A DNA stretch of 64,000 nt from positions 132,742,001 to 132,806,000 of the forward strand of contig OX597816.1 in assembly GCA_951406725.2 (NCBI GenBank). Direction: 5' to 3'. Below the pieces are notes generated by a model. That model searched no databases. It worked only from the letters and a program-made list of their open reading frames with translations, and was not told the DNA's origin. The DNA comes from Octopus vulgaris. Taxonomy: Eukaryota. The stretch's first letter is position 1. Each line of letters opens with the position of its first letter. Positions 1 to 14,619 of the stretch are shown in pieces. The position numbers and the translations under genes are program-made.

Positions 1-424
1 AAATCAATAAATACTGCCCCGTCTTTCATAGTTGAAAAGCTAACATTATGAAACATTTACGCTAGATATTATTGAAAATCATTAAATTTATTCAGCCTTC
101 CAAATTAAACTTGTACAGACAAGTAAATAAGGGGAGTCTCATTGTGGTCACTTGACCTGTTTGAAATTGTAGCCCAAGCTCCCTCAAATCACACTCTGCT
201 ATCTTAAAAAAGAAATTACACAGACATAGTTATAGATTTAAAAAAAAATATAGGATAGATCTGCTTTGTAATACCTATGAACCCTGGGGTTAAACAACAT
301 GATGCAGAAATATTTTTTCAAAATTTTTATTTCTATTTGAACTGCTTAGTATAGGATTCTGACATTTTCCCTTTATATTTTGCTATTTATTTTTTTAAAA
401 TCTGATGTAAGAATATATCTTTTT

Positions 425-1010
425 TTTTTTACATGATTCAGTTATTAGACTGCAGCCATGCTGGGGCACTGTTTTGAAGAATTTTAGTCAAATAAATCAA
501 CCATAGGGCTTTATATTATTTGGAAAGCCCAGTACTTATTCAATCAGTCTCTTTTGCTGAACTGCTAAGTTACTGGGACATAAGCGCACTAACACCAGTT
601 GTGAAGCAGTGGTGGGAGACAAACACAGACACACTCACATAGGCACACACACACACGTATGTATGTATGTATAAAAACTAAATAAAAAATGGAACAAGAT
701 CGTAACAGGTGACAACAAAACATTCGGACAGTTAGATGATATAAAAATGGAGAGGAAAAAACAAGGATGGGTCATTCAGAGCTTTCAATTTTCAGTCAAG
801 TACCAGATCGTCCTAGCAGTTTCGGCTTGTTACTCTTGAGACTGCTCTAATCTGGCCAGCTCCATGTATACATTTCAATTTCTGTCTTCCAAATCCACTC
901 AGAATGCTTTGGTTAGCCTGAGGCTATAGTAGAAGACACTTGCCCAAGGTGTCATGTAGTGGGACAGAAATGAGAAATATGTGGTTAGGAAACAAACTTC
1001 CTACCACATA
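425..1010 (-). mobile_element. tRNA-derived SINE (family A: tRNA-like head, central microsatellite, conserved tail), with a nested insertion at about 670-875
   Basis: Reverse complement of the head (gtgg tagga agttt..ccacat..caccttgggcaagtgtcttctactatagcc) and tail (..ccccagcatggctgcagtctaataactga) recurs many times in the window; ends approximate. Confidence 0.75.
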
Positions 1011-1344
1011 TATATGCTCTTTTAAAATATAAGAAATATGTAAAGAAACCTGACAAGAACTAAGGCAGTTAGTCATGTTCTGTTGAATAGGTTAATTCAT
1101 CAAATTTAGAGTCACTCAGAAAATCAGATAATCTGAGTATGATACACCATGTCTAAGAGTAAGCTGTAACAAATACTGATGTCAGGATTATATAACCAGC
1201 TTTCCTGTCACTAAGCCTTGCCTTGCATTTTTTAAATTTGTTGTTGCTAATACTTTTATAGCTTAGCCCCAGGTCAAATCTTGATCAGGCAATCTTATAA
1301 TCAAATATGATCCAGTCACGACCATCAGAGTTTGAATTATCTTT

Positions 1345-1660
1345 TATCTTCTATTTTTTGCTTGTTTCATTCACTTGACTGTAGCACCACCTTGAATTTT
1401 TAGTCCAATGGATCAACTCCAGTACTTATATTTTTAAGCCCGATACTTATTCTATTGGTCCACAACAACACTGGTTGTCAAGAAGTATTGGGGGTACAAA
1501 CACAGATACAAAGATGTATGTACATACACACACACATGCACTTTCTGTCTACCAAGTCTATAGTAGAAGACACTTGCCCAAGGTACCATACAGTAGGACT
1601 GAACCTGGAACCATGTGGGTGGGAAGCAAGCTTCTTACCACACAGCCATGCCTGTGCCTA
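1345..1660 (-). mobile_element. SINE family A copy
   Basis: Same head (ggcatggctgtgtggtaagaagcttgcttccc) and tail on the minus strand; it explains track ORFs 1455..1685 and 1475..1666. Confidence 0.75.
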
Positions 1661-3779
1661 TGCTGAATTATTCTGTGCATCATAATTAGCACAGAACTGA
1701 ATTGTGTCCAGGCATTTTCTTAACTCTAATGTTATAACTAAATTTAAATTGGATTATGCAACAACAGCAACAAAAATAACTAAAAAGAAATAGTTAAAAA
1801 AAAGCACCCTTCACTTTTGTGATATACTTTACATCATAAATCAAAAATATTTCTTCCTTGCAATGTTTACTATTTTTCTTCTTTTTTAGAGCAGATATCA
1901 ATTAAATGTCTTTATTTAGAGTCTTAGGCATTTATAATGAATTAGAAATGAAATTATAACTCCACAGATAAGAAAGCATTTCAGCTTCTTAAGTTAGATA
2001 ACCAAATATCTAACATAGGTTATCAAACCATAGGGGCTGATTATCTTTACACTACTGCTATATACCAGCAGATATTCAGGATCAGCATTCCCCATATCAG
2101 TATCATCAATGGTTGCCTTGAAACAATTATGGGTACTATCTTTTCTTTCTGACTAACATATTTAAAAATTGCAGAACTCTCAGCAAAAGTCTCCTTGACT
2201 TCATCATATCAACCCTTTTGTCTGACACCAAACTTGGCAATAACTGTACAGGATGTCTTAACAGTGTAATATATAGGTCACTAGGCAAAGCAATACAATG
2301 GGGTCATTTCATAAAAGCCACAGCATACATAAATTGGCATTAAGTCTCTACACTTGTGAGGGACCCCAGTTAACTTTGCAGTGAGTCCTTATACATACAT
2401 TTATACATGCATACATATATGTATGCATACATTTATACATACATACATACATGCATACATACAACAATAATAATAATCATCATTTTAACATCCCCTGTCC
2501 CTAGCTTATCTGGGTTGGATGGATTATACTGAGGCAGATTTTCTATGGCTGGATACCCTTCTTATTTGCCAACCCTCATCTGTTTCGAAGTAAGGTCCAA
2601 TAACCAGGCCTTTTGTTTTTTTTTTGCAGAATATTGGGAAAAAAATTACATTACCTGTATGACATTGTCACTCATTTACAACTGTTATCCAATGTCAAAA
2701 CCAAAAGAGAGAGAGAGACACACACACACACACACACACACACTTACCTTCTCTCTTCCTTTCTCTCCCTTCACCTTCTCTTGCTCTCTCCCTACACTTA
2801 CTCTGTGATCCAGACTGTACCTTTATTTCTGATCCTTTTCATACCTTGTCTGCTACGTAAATAGATATAAAACTTTGGTATTCTTCCTATTTCTTTTCTC
2901 CTCCTTTTCTTATCACTTTTTTCTTTTTCTTTGACAAAGAATATAACCCAACATTTTAGATCCTCTTTTATTCTTTCCTTAGCATTATTATTGTCATTGT
3001 GCATATTCTTTGACTATTACAGTTTCCTTTCATTTCCCTTTTCTACCATGTGTTTACTTGTCTAACTCATATTATTTGTTTGTCTCAGCTCATTATCTTG
3101 CTCATTTTACTTGTGGATAGGTTCATGTGTGTGCGTGTGTGCATGAGGATGTCACTACTCATGAACACTATTTGAGTGAAAATATATAGCTTTGCTTATA
3201 GTCTCTGTTAAGCAAAAATCTCATAGTGTTGCTTTCAATAATTGAGGACCAGCTTACTTGGAAATCAGGTAAGGATTGGCAACAGGAAGGCATCTAGTTG
3301 TAGTAAACCTGCCTGCGTAAATTTAATCTGCTTCATACTGGCATGGAAAAATGGACATAAAAGTGAATAAATGAACACACACACATGCATCTGCACGTGA
3401 AGGTGAGGGGATGATGTAACTAATCTCAAATTAATGGAGTGATTTGATGATCTTCAATGATCCTCAGTGCTGGATGAAAGGCAGAATTTGTTATTTATAC
3501 AAGAGTTATTGACTGAATATGTAACCAAATATTCATTTGTAAAATGATATTGTATGATAACTTAATAGCTCACAGTAACGTCCAAAGTAAGAAGGAAATA
3601 AACCAAGAGGGAGAAAGGGAGAGAGGCTATTGTTGACAGATAGCACTCCTTTTGTGTTCTTCCTGTGTAATTTGTAAGCACCACCTCAATAAAGATATGG
3701 TGGGTTATGTAGTGTGTAGAATATGATTTATGATAAAGGCTGATAATTAAAGTTTTTGATCATTTATGTGTTTATCTAT

Positions 3780-4180
3780 GCATGAGAGAAATGGAGGGAG
3801 AGAGAGAGAAAGCACAGCCTGTGTAATTTAGAGGTAGCATATAGGGAAAGAAGAGAAGGGGGAGAGGGAAATAATGAATGAAAGAGAGAATGAGAAAATT
3901 CTAAGTAAATGTGAATGTGTAATTGTGTATTTAGAAGTGAGTGAATTAGAGAGGGAGCAAGAGAGGAGGAGAGAGAGATAGCAAGAGAAGGAGATAGAAC
4001 TAGAAAGAGAGAGAGAGAGAGAGCAAAAGAGGAAGAGGGAGGGAGAGAGATAGCAAGAGAGGGAGTGAGATAACAAGAGAGGGAGAGAGATAGAGATAGC
4101 AAGAAAGAGATAGAGAGAGCGAGCAAGAGAAGGACAGAGAAAGAGAGAAAGAAAGAGAGAAAGAGAGTGAGAGAGAATCA
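3780..4180. repeat. GA-rich low-complexity / degenerate (GA)n tract
   Basis: Purine-rich runs; source of the Leu/Ser-rich spurious minus-strand ORFs. Confidence 0.85.
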
Positions 4181-4334
4181 TAAAGAATTAATGCATGGTT
4201 ATGGAAGAGGTGGGCTGGGTGGGTCAGTCATAATGAGTAAAGTGTATGTGAAAATATAAGAGAATTTATGTACAATAGTGTCTCGCAACCTATTTTTTTA
4301 CCTCCAGGCACCCACTATAGCTTTCTAGAAAAAT

Positions 4335-4540
4335 CTTGGCCATATCTGGCCTAAATATTCTACCTGTTTTATGTTCAGACTGACCAGATCAGGTTTCTCC
4401 CACCTACCCTACAATGTAATTCTAAAAATAAACTATCACTTCATTGATATATCAAGGTTATGAGACAGTGCATGATTAATTCAAAACAAGATGAATAAAT
4501 AAGAATTATATTTGACAGAGTAATCTGAATGCTCTAAGAT
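4335..4540 (-). mobile_element. piggyBac-like MITE copy (degenerate)
   Basis: Reverse complement of the family at 21593-21814 and 26329-26545. Confidence 0.6.
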
Positions 4541-4839
4541 TAAAGAAATATCCACACTAGGGCATTAGAATAGCACTATACTGTAGCAAACAGTCTTCAC
4601 AGAGTATGTTTGGCTGGAGGGATTGGAATGGCTAGGCTGAGTATAGGTGTAGTATGTTTGTGGTGTAAAAAAGATTTTCACAATTCCATGTCCCACAAAA
4701 AAAGAAAAAAAAAAGAAAAGAAAACCGAAAAAATTGGATACCACAACCACCACAATTTTCCCAGGCCTCACTGGTGGGGTGTATCCCATGCTGGGAAACA
4801 CTGATCTATTACTACTACTACTACTGGCACTCTGTTGGT

Positions 4840-5122
4840 TATGATGACAGTTGATCCAATCAATGGAACAACCTCCCCGTGACATTAACGTGCAAGTAGC
4901 TGAGGACTCCACAGATATGTGTACCCTTAATGTAGTTCTCAGGGATATTCAGTGTGACATGGAGTGTGATAAGGCTGGCCCTTTGAAATACAGGTACTAC
5001 TCATTTCTGTCAGCTGAGTGGACTGGAGCAACATGAAATAAAGTGTCTTGCTCAAGGTATTGAACTCATGACCTTATAATTGTGAGGTAAATACCCTAGC
5101 CACTAAACCATGTGCTTTCACG
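4840..5122 (-). mobile_element. tRNA-derived SINE (family C, head ggcttagtggttagggt..., core ttgctccagtccactcagctg)
   Basis: Matches the plus-strand copies at 29326-29570 and 56057-56380. Confidence 0.7.
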
Positions 5123-5548
5123 CACTGGTGTAGATTGAAGGAAATGAATGAACGAGAGTCTGTATGTTGTTGTAGACTAACCCCAATTTGGCTCTGGTTG
5201 ACCAAATTTATAAGGATCAAAGCCATTGTTACCATGGTCACCCATCTTTTTTCTGGAATTACATTTGTCTGACTATATTATCTAATATAAGTTAGGTGTA
5301 ACTTAAGGGATTTGATTGTTAACTTTAGCAAGTCAAGTGAGCTGCTTCATATAGAAGTTTCATTGTTGTAGTATCAATAATTTTTTTCTATAATTCTTTT
5401 ATTTGTTTCAGTCATTAGACTACATCCATGTTCTGTCACAAACTTCATATTCTAAAGTCTAGTGCTTACTATTATCAAATCTGTTTGTTGAACTGCTAAG
5501 TTCCAGAACATAAGCAAAGACAGATAGAGTGACAAACACAATGCAAAT

Positions 5549-5580
<32 letters not shown>

Positions 5581-5699
5581 TATATATATATGTGTGTGTA
5601 GGCTTCTGTCTACCAATTTTACTCATAAGGCATTGATTAACCTGTAGTTTATAAGCACACCATGTCATGGGGTTAGCCTCAATATGATCTAATAAATAA

Positions 5700-5907
5700 T
5701 CCTTTCTGATTTTGGCACTAGGCCAACATTTTTGAGGGGAGGAGAAAGTTGATTATGTGAACCCTGGTGCTCAACTGGTACTTTAATTTGACCCTGAAAG
5801 GATGAAAGATAGATTTAACTTCGGTAGAATTTGAACTCAGAATGTAATGAGTCAGGGAGAAATACTGCTAAGCAACTTGCTTATGAATCTGTCAGCTCGT
5901 CACCTTT
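5700..5907 (-). mobile_element. SINE family B (head ggcagtgagctggcagaa, core ctgagttcaaattc..ctttcatcctttc..gtaccagtt)
   Basis: Reverse complement of the copy at 39643-39845. Confidence 0.7.
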
Positions 5908-8394
5908 ATGATCTAATAAATAATGTTGGATGTGTACATGGTGTGTTGTTTTTATTTATTTAGGTCAGTGTTCCAGTTCTCTAAATACTCCATCTACAAT
6001 TGTATTTATATCCACCCTTATAAATAATTGTTCCAATTGTTTCATTCATATAGTTTTTACCAACGAGGGAGCCTTTATGTAGAAACTCATATTGCTAGAA
6101 AAAATAACTAAATCTTCCTAAATCACACATACTACTATTTAAAGGTATACATTGAACAATGTAATCCCAAATAGTTGAGATAGTAATGATTGAAACAATT
6201 TTAAACACATATCTAGTCAGACAGGTCTGACTGACCTGCATCAAAGACTTATAAGCTTTATTGTCTACCGTTGACTCTAGTGAAGATAAGATACTGTTAA
6301 AGAAAGGTTAAAAAAAATAATACTCCACATTACAGCCACAAACTTGTGTGTTAATTTCAAAAGGGTAAGAGATTAGCATTAGTTGATATGAAGTCTGATA
6401 TATTTCATGTGTAGCTGGTACTTATAGCTCATTACTGTCATTGAAATCAAATTTTGACACATTTGTTTAAAACTCAGTAAGACCAAGGAGTGATATGTAG
6501 TATTGTGTAACAAAAGGTTAGCTCCAAACCAGTATATTCCAGTTATAGTGTGACCTAATAACAGTAATTGCAAGAACACATTAAAATCCATAGCAATATG
6601 TAAGTAGTTAATGTGCTTTTGTCAATTTTTCTGTTATGATCACGAGGTCAAGAAGTTTACTTTGAAACCACATGGTTCTGGGTTTGATTCCTCTGGATGG
6701 CACCTTAGGCAAGCAACAACTAGTCCCTTAACTCTTTGAGAATCATTGGGACGATGCAGCATATCTAGAGCAAGAAAGCCTGGTGGAGCCCATTCCTCTC
6801 CAGGTTAAACTCATTTCTACAGCTGAGTGAGCTGGAGCAACATGAAATGAAGTGTTTTGCTCAAGAACACAACATACAGCCCAGTCCGGGGATCAAAACC
6901 ACAATTTTATGATCAAGAATCCAATTCCCTAACCTCTAAGTAATGTACCTCCACTAGTAGTACTCATTTCTACAGTTGAGTGGACTAGAGCAATGTAAAG
7001 TGAAGTGTTAATGCATTGCCCAGTCCAGGAATCGAAACCACAATCTTATGATAATGAGTTCAAGACCTTAACCATTAAGCCATACACTTAGGCAAGTATC
7101 TTCTACTGAAGCTTCAGGTCAGCCCAAGCTTTGTGAGTGAAATTGGGTAAATGTAAACTTTGTGGAAGGGCATTGTATGAACTGTATCTTTGGTAAACCT
7201 AAGCCATTAGCTGGTTTAATATTGTCACATGGTTCTTGACTATCTTTAACAAAGTCCATATTGTTTTAAGTATTCTGGCTAGGTTTCTGGTTTCTCCTTC
7301 CTTTTCCCTAACCAGTCTCAGAAGACTTGCAATAAAGTCATGGGTTCTGCCTTTCTTCTGATGACTAAACTTAAAAAAGAAAAAAAAATAGTTGTCATGG
7401 CTGAAAAGAAGAAATCTGCCTCTCACTCACGATGTTGCAGGTTTGATTTGATCTTTCTACCTTGGACACTTGACTTTTATAATGATCTTGAGTTTACCTA
7501 AGCCTTGCAAGTTAAACTGGGTAAATATAAACTGTGTGAAAATCTCTCATATGGACTGACTGTAACTCAAAGTGCCCTGTTTTGTCACATTGATACTGTT
7601 TGAGAATTACACTAAGAATACTGATGTATTTGGAGTACTCAATCAGTCTCATTACAATACAGTATGGATAGATAGTACAGTTGATCAATCAACTGAAATA
7701 CTTATTGTCAAAACTGGTTGAAGATTAAATGATTACAATAAAGAAGTAATCTCCCTTACAGCACTTTGATTGATCTGTTCACAAACTCTTTACTCATCAT
7801 TCCTCATTTAATGTCCACTTCTTGTTTGCTTGGATCAGACAAAATTTGTGGAAGCAGATTTTCTATGGCTGGATGCCCTTCCTGTTGCCAACCCTCACCT
7901 GTCTCCAAGCAAGATAGTATTTCCCCGTAGCTAGATATGTTTTTCACAAAAGACTGGAAATGAACAACCATGCCTTTATGATGGTGGAGCTCATTTACAG
8001 CCATCATGTGATGTGCAGACAAAAGTACAAACAAATACACATACACAAACACACAAGTTTCTTTCACTTTTTGCCTACCAAATCCTCTTACAGGGCTTTA
8101 GTTGGCCTGGGGCTATAATAGAATGCCCTGGATACTGTGTAGTGGGATTGAATCCAAAACCTCATGGTTGGGAAGCAAGCTTCGTATTCTGGTGATCATA
8201 TTGCTTTTAGCTAAGTATAGATTTTACTGTTACTAGTGAAATTAGTGTCACACTGTCTTTGGATTTGTGGGGTTTTTTGCAGTAGTAATTGCTCATGAAT
8301 GTGATCTAGACAATTTTGTCTGCTTTTATCCTGCAGTTAAAATTTTTAGTCTGAATTGTCTCAATGCTTAGCCAAATATTATTATAACTCTAGT

Positions 8395-8640
8395 TTATTA
8401 TTCAAGCTGACAATAGTGATCTTAAGCTTCATTCAGAACAAGATATGCAGAAAACAATGAACCTCTGAACCTCTTTTGCCCCTATACCTGTACAAATTTG
8501 GGACTTAAAATAAACCTGAAGAAAACTAAAGGTGATGTTTTCATTGATTTCAAGAGAGTCATATATAAAACCAAATGCTTCAGTCCAAGAGACCAGACTT
8601 GATGAAGTGAATTCTTTTATGTATCTAGGTAGCAATGCAC
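8395..8640 (+). mobile_element. Decayed RTE-clade LINE reverse-transcriptase fragment
   Basis: Frameshifted translation includes QADNSDLKLHSEQDMQKTMNL, LGLKINLKKTK and RLDEVNSFMYLGS, resembling RTE RT motifs (xADD..AHSExDMQ; GLxINxxKTK; FxYLGS). Confidence 0.7.
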
Positions 8641-8677
8641 AAGAGTGGAGCCACTGTCTATGAAATTCTTGAGTAAG

Positions 8678-8751
8678 TTTTGTGCTACGCTTGTCACAAA
8701 AAATTTAAAACAAAAATTTTGTGCTACGTTTGTCACAAATTTAAAACAAAA
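8678..8751 (+). repeat. Tandem duplication of about 39 bp (ttttgtgctacg(c/t)ttgtcacaaa..tttaaaacaaaa)
   Basis: Two adjacent near-identical copies. Confidence 0.8.
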
Positions 8752-8860
8752 TCAGTCCTAGATAATCATCTGAGGGTTCATGGTAGAAAAGTTACAAAAC
8801 CTGTTACAGGTATATGTCATCAATTAGAAGGTGTTTTGGCTTGAAATCAAGTTGACAACC

Positions 8861-9005
8861 ATATACATACATACATACATACATACATACATACATACAT
8901 ACATACATACATACATACATACATACATGCATGCATGCATGCATGCATGCATGCATGCATGCATGCATGCATGCATGCATGCATGCATTCATGCATGCAT
9001 GCATG
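8861..9005. repeat. Compound microsatellite (CATA)n-(CATG)n
   Basis: Seen directly. Confidence 0.95.
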
Positions 9006-9069
9006 CTATGCATGCTAACATTGATGCATACATACATAATATGCATGCTTCTATGTATGTTTATATATA

Positions 9070-9555
9070 TTCTTTTATTCTTTTACTTGTTTCAGTCATT
9101 TGACTGTGGCCATGCTGGAACACCGCCTTTAGTCAAACAAATTGACCCCAGGACTTATTCTTTGTAAGCCTAGTACTTATTCTATCAGTCGCTTTTTCCA
9201 AACCACTAAGTTACGGGGGACGTAAACGCACCAACATTGGTTGTCAAGCGATTATGTGGGTGGGGGAGAAACACAGGCACACACACACACACACACACAT
9301 ACATACATATTGGGTTGGTGCATAATTATCGCGACTTTTTTCAACAAATTTTATTCAGCAAAAACAATAACAATATTTAACAAAAACATCATTAAATGAT
9401 GGTCTGACCGTCTGCCAAGCAAATGGGAAGCAGTAATTGAGGTAGATGGTGAATATGCTCTGGAATAATCATTTAAAGATGTTTTTATTACATGTTGTTA
9501 TTGTTTTTGTTGAATAAAATTTGTTGAGAAAAAGCTGCAATAATTATGCACCAAC

Positions 9556-9600
<45 letters not shown>

Positions 9601-9730
9601 GACGGGCTTCTTTCAGTTTCTGTCAACCAAATCCATTCACAAAGCTTTGGTTGGCTCTAGGCTATAGTAAAAGACACTTGTCCAAGGTGCCATGCAGTGG
9701 GCCTGAACCCAGAATCATATGGTTGGGAAG
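9070..9730 (-). mobile_element. SINE family A copy with a mariner MITE inserted in its central microsatellite
   Basis: Tail at about 9070-9280 and head at about 9600-9730 on the minus strand, flanking the MITE. Confidence 0.75.
9310..9559 (+). mobile_element. Mariner-derived MITE with long terminal inverted repeats and a TA target site
   Basis: TA|TTGGGTTGGTGCATAATTAT...ATAATTATGCACCAACCCAA|TA; imperfect inverted repeat extends about 90 bp; the interior encodes a mariner C-terminus, DRLPSKWEAVIEVDGEYALE*. Confidence 0.88.
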
Positions 9731-9832
9731 CAATGAATATGCATGGCTGTATATATTTATATGCATACATATGTGTGTGTATGTGTGTGTGTGTGTGTAT
9801 GTACATGCATGCATGGAAATATATATCTATAT

Positions 9833-10700
9833 ATCATCATCATCAAATTCTCACTTTCCATGCTTGCATGGGTTAGATGGTTTGACCAGAACTGGTAAAC
9901 TGGAGAGCTGCACCAGGTTCCAATTTGAGTTGAGCTTAGTTTCTATATCGGCTGCCGTTCCTAACACCAACCACTCTGAGAATGTAGTGGGTGTCTCTTA
10001 AGTGTCACCAGCATGGGTGCTTTTATGTCACCAACATGGGTGCTGTTGCATGTCACTAGCACCAGCCACAACTATGAATTCACTTGGCTTGATGAGTCTT
10101 CGCAAGTACAGCATGTTGCCAAAGGTCACAATCACTTGTCATCACCTCTGTGAGACTCTACATTCAAAGATAATGCTTCACCACCAAGCCCCATATCTTC
10201 CTATCTGCTTCTTCCACAGGTTCCCTCCACATTTACAGACTAGCACTTTTTTACACAGCTGTTTTCATCCATATGCATCATATGACCATACCAATGCAGT
10301 TGTGTCTCTTGCACACCACATCTGATGCCTCTTATGCTTAATTTTTGTCTGAAGACACACTCTATTGTACATGCACACTGACATTGCACATCCAGCAGAG
10401 CAGACTAGATTCATTTCTTTCAAGCTTTTGCAGGTCCTCTGGAGTCATAGCCCATGTTTCACTGCTGTGTAGCATGGTTCTTCACACACAGGCATCATAC
10501 AATCTGCCTTTCACTCTGAGGTAGAGGCCCTTTGTTGCCAACAAACCAGGACTGCCATGTTATGTTGGCAAATTTACTCCAAAGTACTGTTGCTGAATAT
10601 CTCTCATTGTGAGATTTACAAATAGTAATTTTCTAAAAGGTAGAAGCTCTCTCAATTTTGCCCAGCCTATTCTTATTTTAGCAGGCTACTCTCTTGGAGC
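9833..10700 (-). mobile_element. RTE-clade LINE 3' fragment (decayed ORF end, 3' UTR and (GAT)n tail)
   Basis: Minus-strand translation ..LYDACVRRTMLHSSETWAMTPEDLQKLERNESSLLCWMCNVS.. is typical of the RTE C-terminus; its 3' UTR matches the many short (GAT)n-tailed copies in the window. Confidence 0.8.
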
Positions 10701-10900
10701 ATCCACCTCCACTGCTCTCTTGATCAATCTAGGCAACGAAAGCTATCAACTACTTCTAGGTATCCCTCTCCCCCTGGCCTTTGATGGAGTCTAATGGAGT
10801 CTATTTTCTAAATATTTCTAGTGTTTATTGTACCTGTGCATCTCCCACACACAAAGACTATTTTCTCTGTTAACCTTCCTTTGATATTGCTACACCACCT

Positions 10901-11036
<136 letters not shown>

Positions 11037-11078
11037 TCAGTAAATGGTGGGGTTGTGTTAACTGCACGTGGAGAAATG

Positions 11079-11245
11079 ATAGGAGAGGAAAAATTATAAT
11101 AAAGCAGAATGCTAAATTGAAAGTAAATTTTAATAAAAATGGGTGTATTAAAAATTTTAAATAAAATTTTTTCTTTTTTAATTTTTCATACACCCATTTT
11201 TATTAAAATTTACTTTCTGCCTTATTATATTTTTTCCTCTCCTAT
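11079..11245. repeat. Imperfect inverted repeat (arms about 65-75 bp) between TA tracts
   Basis: ataggagaggaaaaattataataaagcagaa..aaagtaaattttaataaaaatgggtgtat pairs with atacacccatttttattaaaatttactttctgccttattatattttttcctctcctat. Confidence 0.85.
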
Positions 11246-11629
11246 ATATATTTGCATGTGTGTAGTTGTGTGTGTTTCCATATATGCTATCATATTTAAG
11301 AGGTTGTAAATTTGGAAACAGTTTCCAATTCTGGTCGATTGCAGATAATTCTGTATTTAGAATCTTTTATTTTTGGTTTCATAATTATTGTTGATGTTCT
11401 TATTTAGTCCCAAGGCAGTTCTGATAGGCAAGTCTATGTTTAAAAATGTTCCAGCTGTGATAATCTAATTCTTCTTACGTCAGAGTCTACATTTTATTGT
11501 CTAAATATATCTAGCATTATTCAAATCAGTAGAGTTTGACTTTGGGGATCACTCTTGAAGAATATTAAGTTATTGATAGGCAAATAGTGCTTTTTGTTTC
11601 ATTGCTTATAATGTACTATAAAATATCTT

Positions 11630-11856
11630 TTATTGTTGACGTGGTTCAGTCATTGAACTGTGGTTATGCTGGGGTTCTGCCTTGAAGGCTTTTAGTCAAA
11701 TGAATCAACTCTGGTACTTATTATATATAAGCCCAGTTATTATTCTGTTGATCTCTTATGCTGAACTGCTAAGTTACAGTGATGTAAACAATAATAATTG
11801 TTGAGTGGTGCTGGGGGACAAATGCAAGCACAAAGGCACACACACACGCACGCACG

Positions 11857-11896
<40 letters not shown>

Positions 11897-12066
11897 GGTT
11901 TCTGTTCAGACTCTGACTACCAAATCCACTCACAAATCCACTCACAAGGCCTTTGTTGACCTGCGGTTATAGTTGAAGACATTTGCCCAAGGTGTCACAC
12001 TGTAGGATTGAACCTGAAACCATGTGGTTGGAAAGCAGGCCTCTTACTGCACAGCCATGCTTGCAC
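11630..12066 (-). mobile_element. SINE family A copy (near full length)
   Basis: Head, central (CA)n and tail all present on the minus strand. Confidence 0.78.
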
Positions 12067-14619
12067 CTACTATATCTATAGGTTTTAAGCCAATACTCTA
12101 TGCTATGATGAATGTAAACATAATGTTGGCTGAGTGGTTAAGGAGTTGATTTTGCAACTACGTGGTCTTGGATTCAATCTCTCTGCACTCTACCTTGGGC
12201 AAGTGTTTTCTACTGTAGCCTTAGGCTGGCCAATGCCATGCAAGTGAATTTGGGAGACGGAAATGGAAAGAAGCTTGTTGGGATGTAAACAAACCAACAC
12301 CGGTTGTCAAGTGGTACCAAGTACAATGACATACACATACAGACATTATATATATATATTTACACACACACATATATGGGTTGGCCTGGGATTATAGTAG
12401 AACTCACTTGCCCAAGTGAACTGAACCTAGAACAATGTTGTTGAGAAGCAAACTTCTTACTACACAGCCATGCCTACCCCTATTAGTGACCAAAGTAAAT
12501 TGAATAGGCCAAATTGCATACTTAACTCTTTCTTGGCAGCTAGTTTCAGTATTAAATTATTCGTACCCCAACAGTGTTTTGTTTCATTGTTATAATGAAC
12601 AATAGAACATATCTATAGATTTTAACCAATAAATGTTGTTTTACAACAAACTGTTTGTATTAATGAATTGCTGTTATTCTCATAAACACTCTCTTTTCAC
12701 TGTGCTCTGTCTCTGTGTTTATTTTCATGTTTATCATTCATTCTCCTTTTTCTCTGCTATTCAAAAGAGAGAGAGGTACACTGGTTTTGGTTTGTGTTTA
12801 TAAATACGTATACTCACTACAGTAGAATTTTATTTTTGTATGTATGTAAGACTGTATATGTGTCTGTGTAGATACTTATGTATGTATATATTGGATATTT
12901 GTATATGTGTGTTGAAAGAGAGAGAATGGTGAAATACCACTCTTTTAGATAATTGCTAGGCTAATGGTGGGTGATTGTGCATATTTAATTAGGTTGGACC
13001 TATGTTGTTTAATTTGGGGGAGAATCTGACTATATAGGTTAAATGTTTGATATCACAGAACCTGTATGTTTATAGAGGCCATTTGTTGACTTAATCATTA
13101 GAAATAACTCGGAGAATTTTGTTTGTTGTATTTAAGTCCATACTTGTAGTAATTTTGTTTGTAGGTTATTTAGTATAGTTATTAGGTACTGTTCTGATGT
13201 CTTATTTAAATTTGTTATCCATTTAGGTGTGAGAATCCTAGTGTTGGTGACAATATGATGATGTAATTAACATGTTAGTTAAACAGCACATGATGGACCA
13301 CTTCCTTTGTCTCCCACATTTTCAGTATCATTCCTTACCACCCTATTTTACACTGAATATTTCTATCCCCTTTCACCTCTACTTTTCCCCTGTACACATT
13401 CTCATTCTGCTAATGGTAGCCTTATTACCTCTGTTCATCTTCCACTATTTCCACTCCTATGTACCTCTGACCTTGTCCCTTGCACTGTGCATCTCTCATA
13501 CACTACCCACATTTTATATCTGCTGCCTTCTGTTGCCCTCCCCTCCCCCTCATATCTAACTGATGTTCACCATTGACCTGCTTCCATCCCTGTTCACCAT
13601 TCACTGCATTCACCTCCATCTCCATCTCTATCCATCTGCCACTTTCACCCTCATGCAAACTTACTACTCATTCATCCTCTCCAGTTCCTAGGGCTACTTT
13701 TCGTATATTCACCTTCTTGTAACTTGAGGGTACACCTCTTCACAACCATCTATACTCTACTACAAAACATCTGTTTCTTTCCCTGTAACCTCTCGTCGCC
13801 CGACATAAAGCCACCTCTCTCAGTACTACCCCTCCCTCAGTTGAGGTGCCTAGGTTTGCGAGTTGCTTAGTGACCTCACTAGAGCTGATGCCACACAAAG
13901 AGCACCCAGTATACTCTGCAAAGTGGTTGGTGTTAAGAAGGACATATACCTGTAGAAACTATGTCAAAGCAGACACTGGAATTTGGCGGTGTCCTCTGGA
14001 TTGCTGGCTCCTGTCAAACCATCCAATCCATGCCAGCGTAGAAAATGAATTAACAATGATGGTAATTATGAAAAGACACTAAAGAACTATATTGAACAGT
14101 GCAATATATGTAAACTTGAATATTGTTTTATTAAGTAAATGCAAAACAATGGTGGTTTACGACAAATGATGGTGTAACATGTTTAGAAATTGTGCAGAAA
14201 ATATGAATATGTGGACATCATCACCATTACTATCATTGTGGTTGTTTAACATCTGCTTTCCATGCTGGTGTGGGTTGGATGATTTGACATGGAGCTGGCC
14301 AGCCTCCCATTGTCTGTTGTGGCATGATTTCTATGACTGGAGGCTGGAGGCCCTTCCTAACACTAACCATCTAACAGAGTGTACTGGGTACATTTTATGT
14401 GCCTCTGGCATGGGTGTATTTACACAGCACCAGCACAGAACTTTTTTTATGTAGCACTGGCACCTGAAAGGATAGGCCTGTATGTGGAACATAATACTAA
14501 ATTATACTAAGTGGTTTAAACTAGATATTAATTCTTGTTTGTAGTCAGAAAATGTTTATATTATTTAATCTGTGTATCAGCAACAAGAAAATTGTAGGGA
14601 GAAAGAGAAGTTTGGAAAT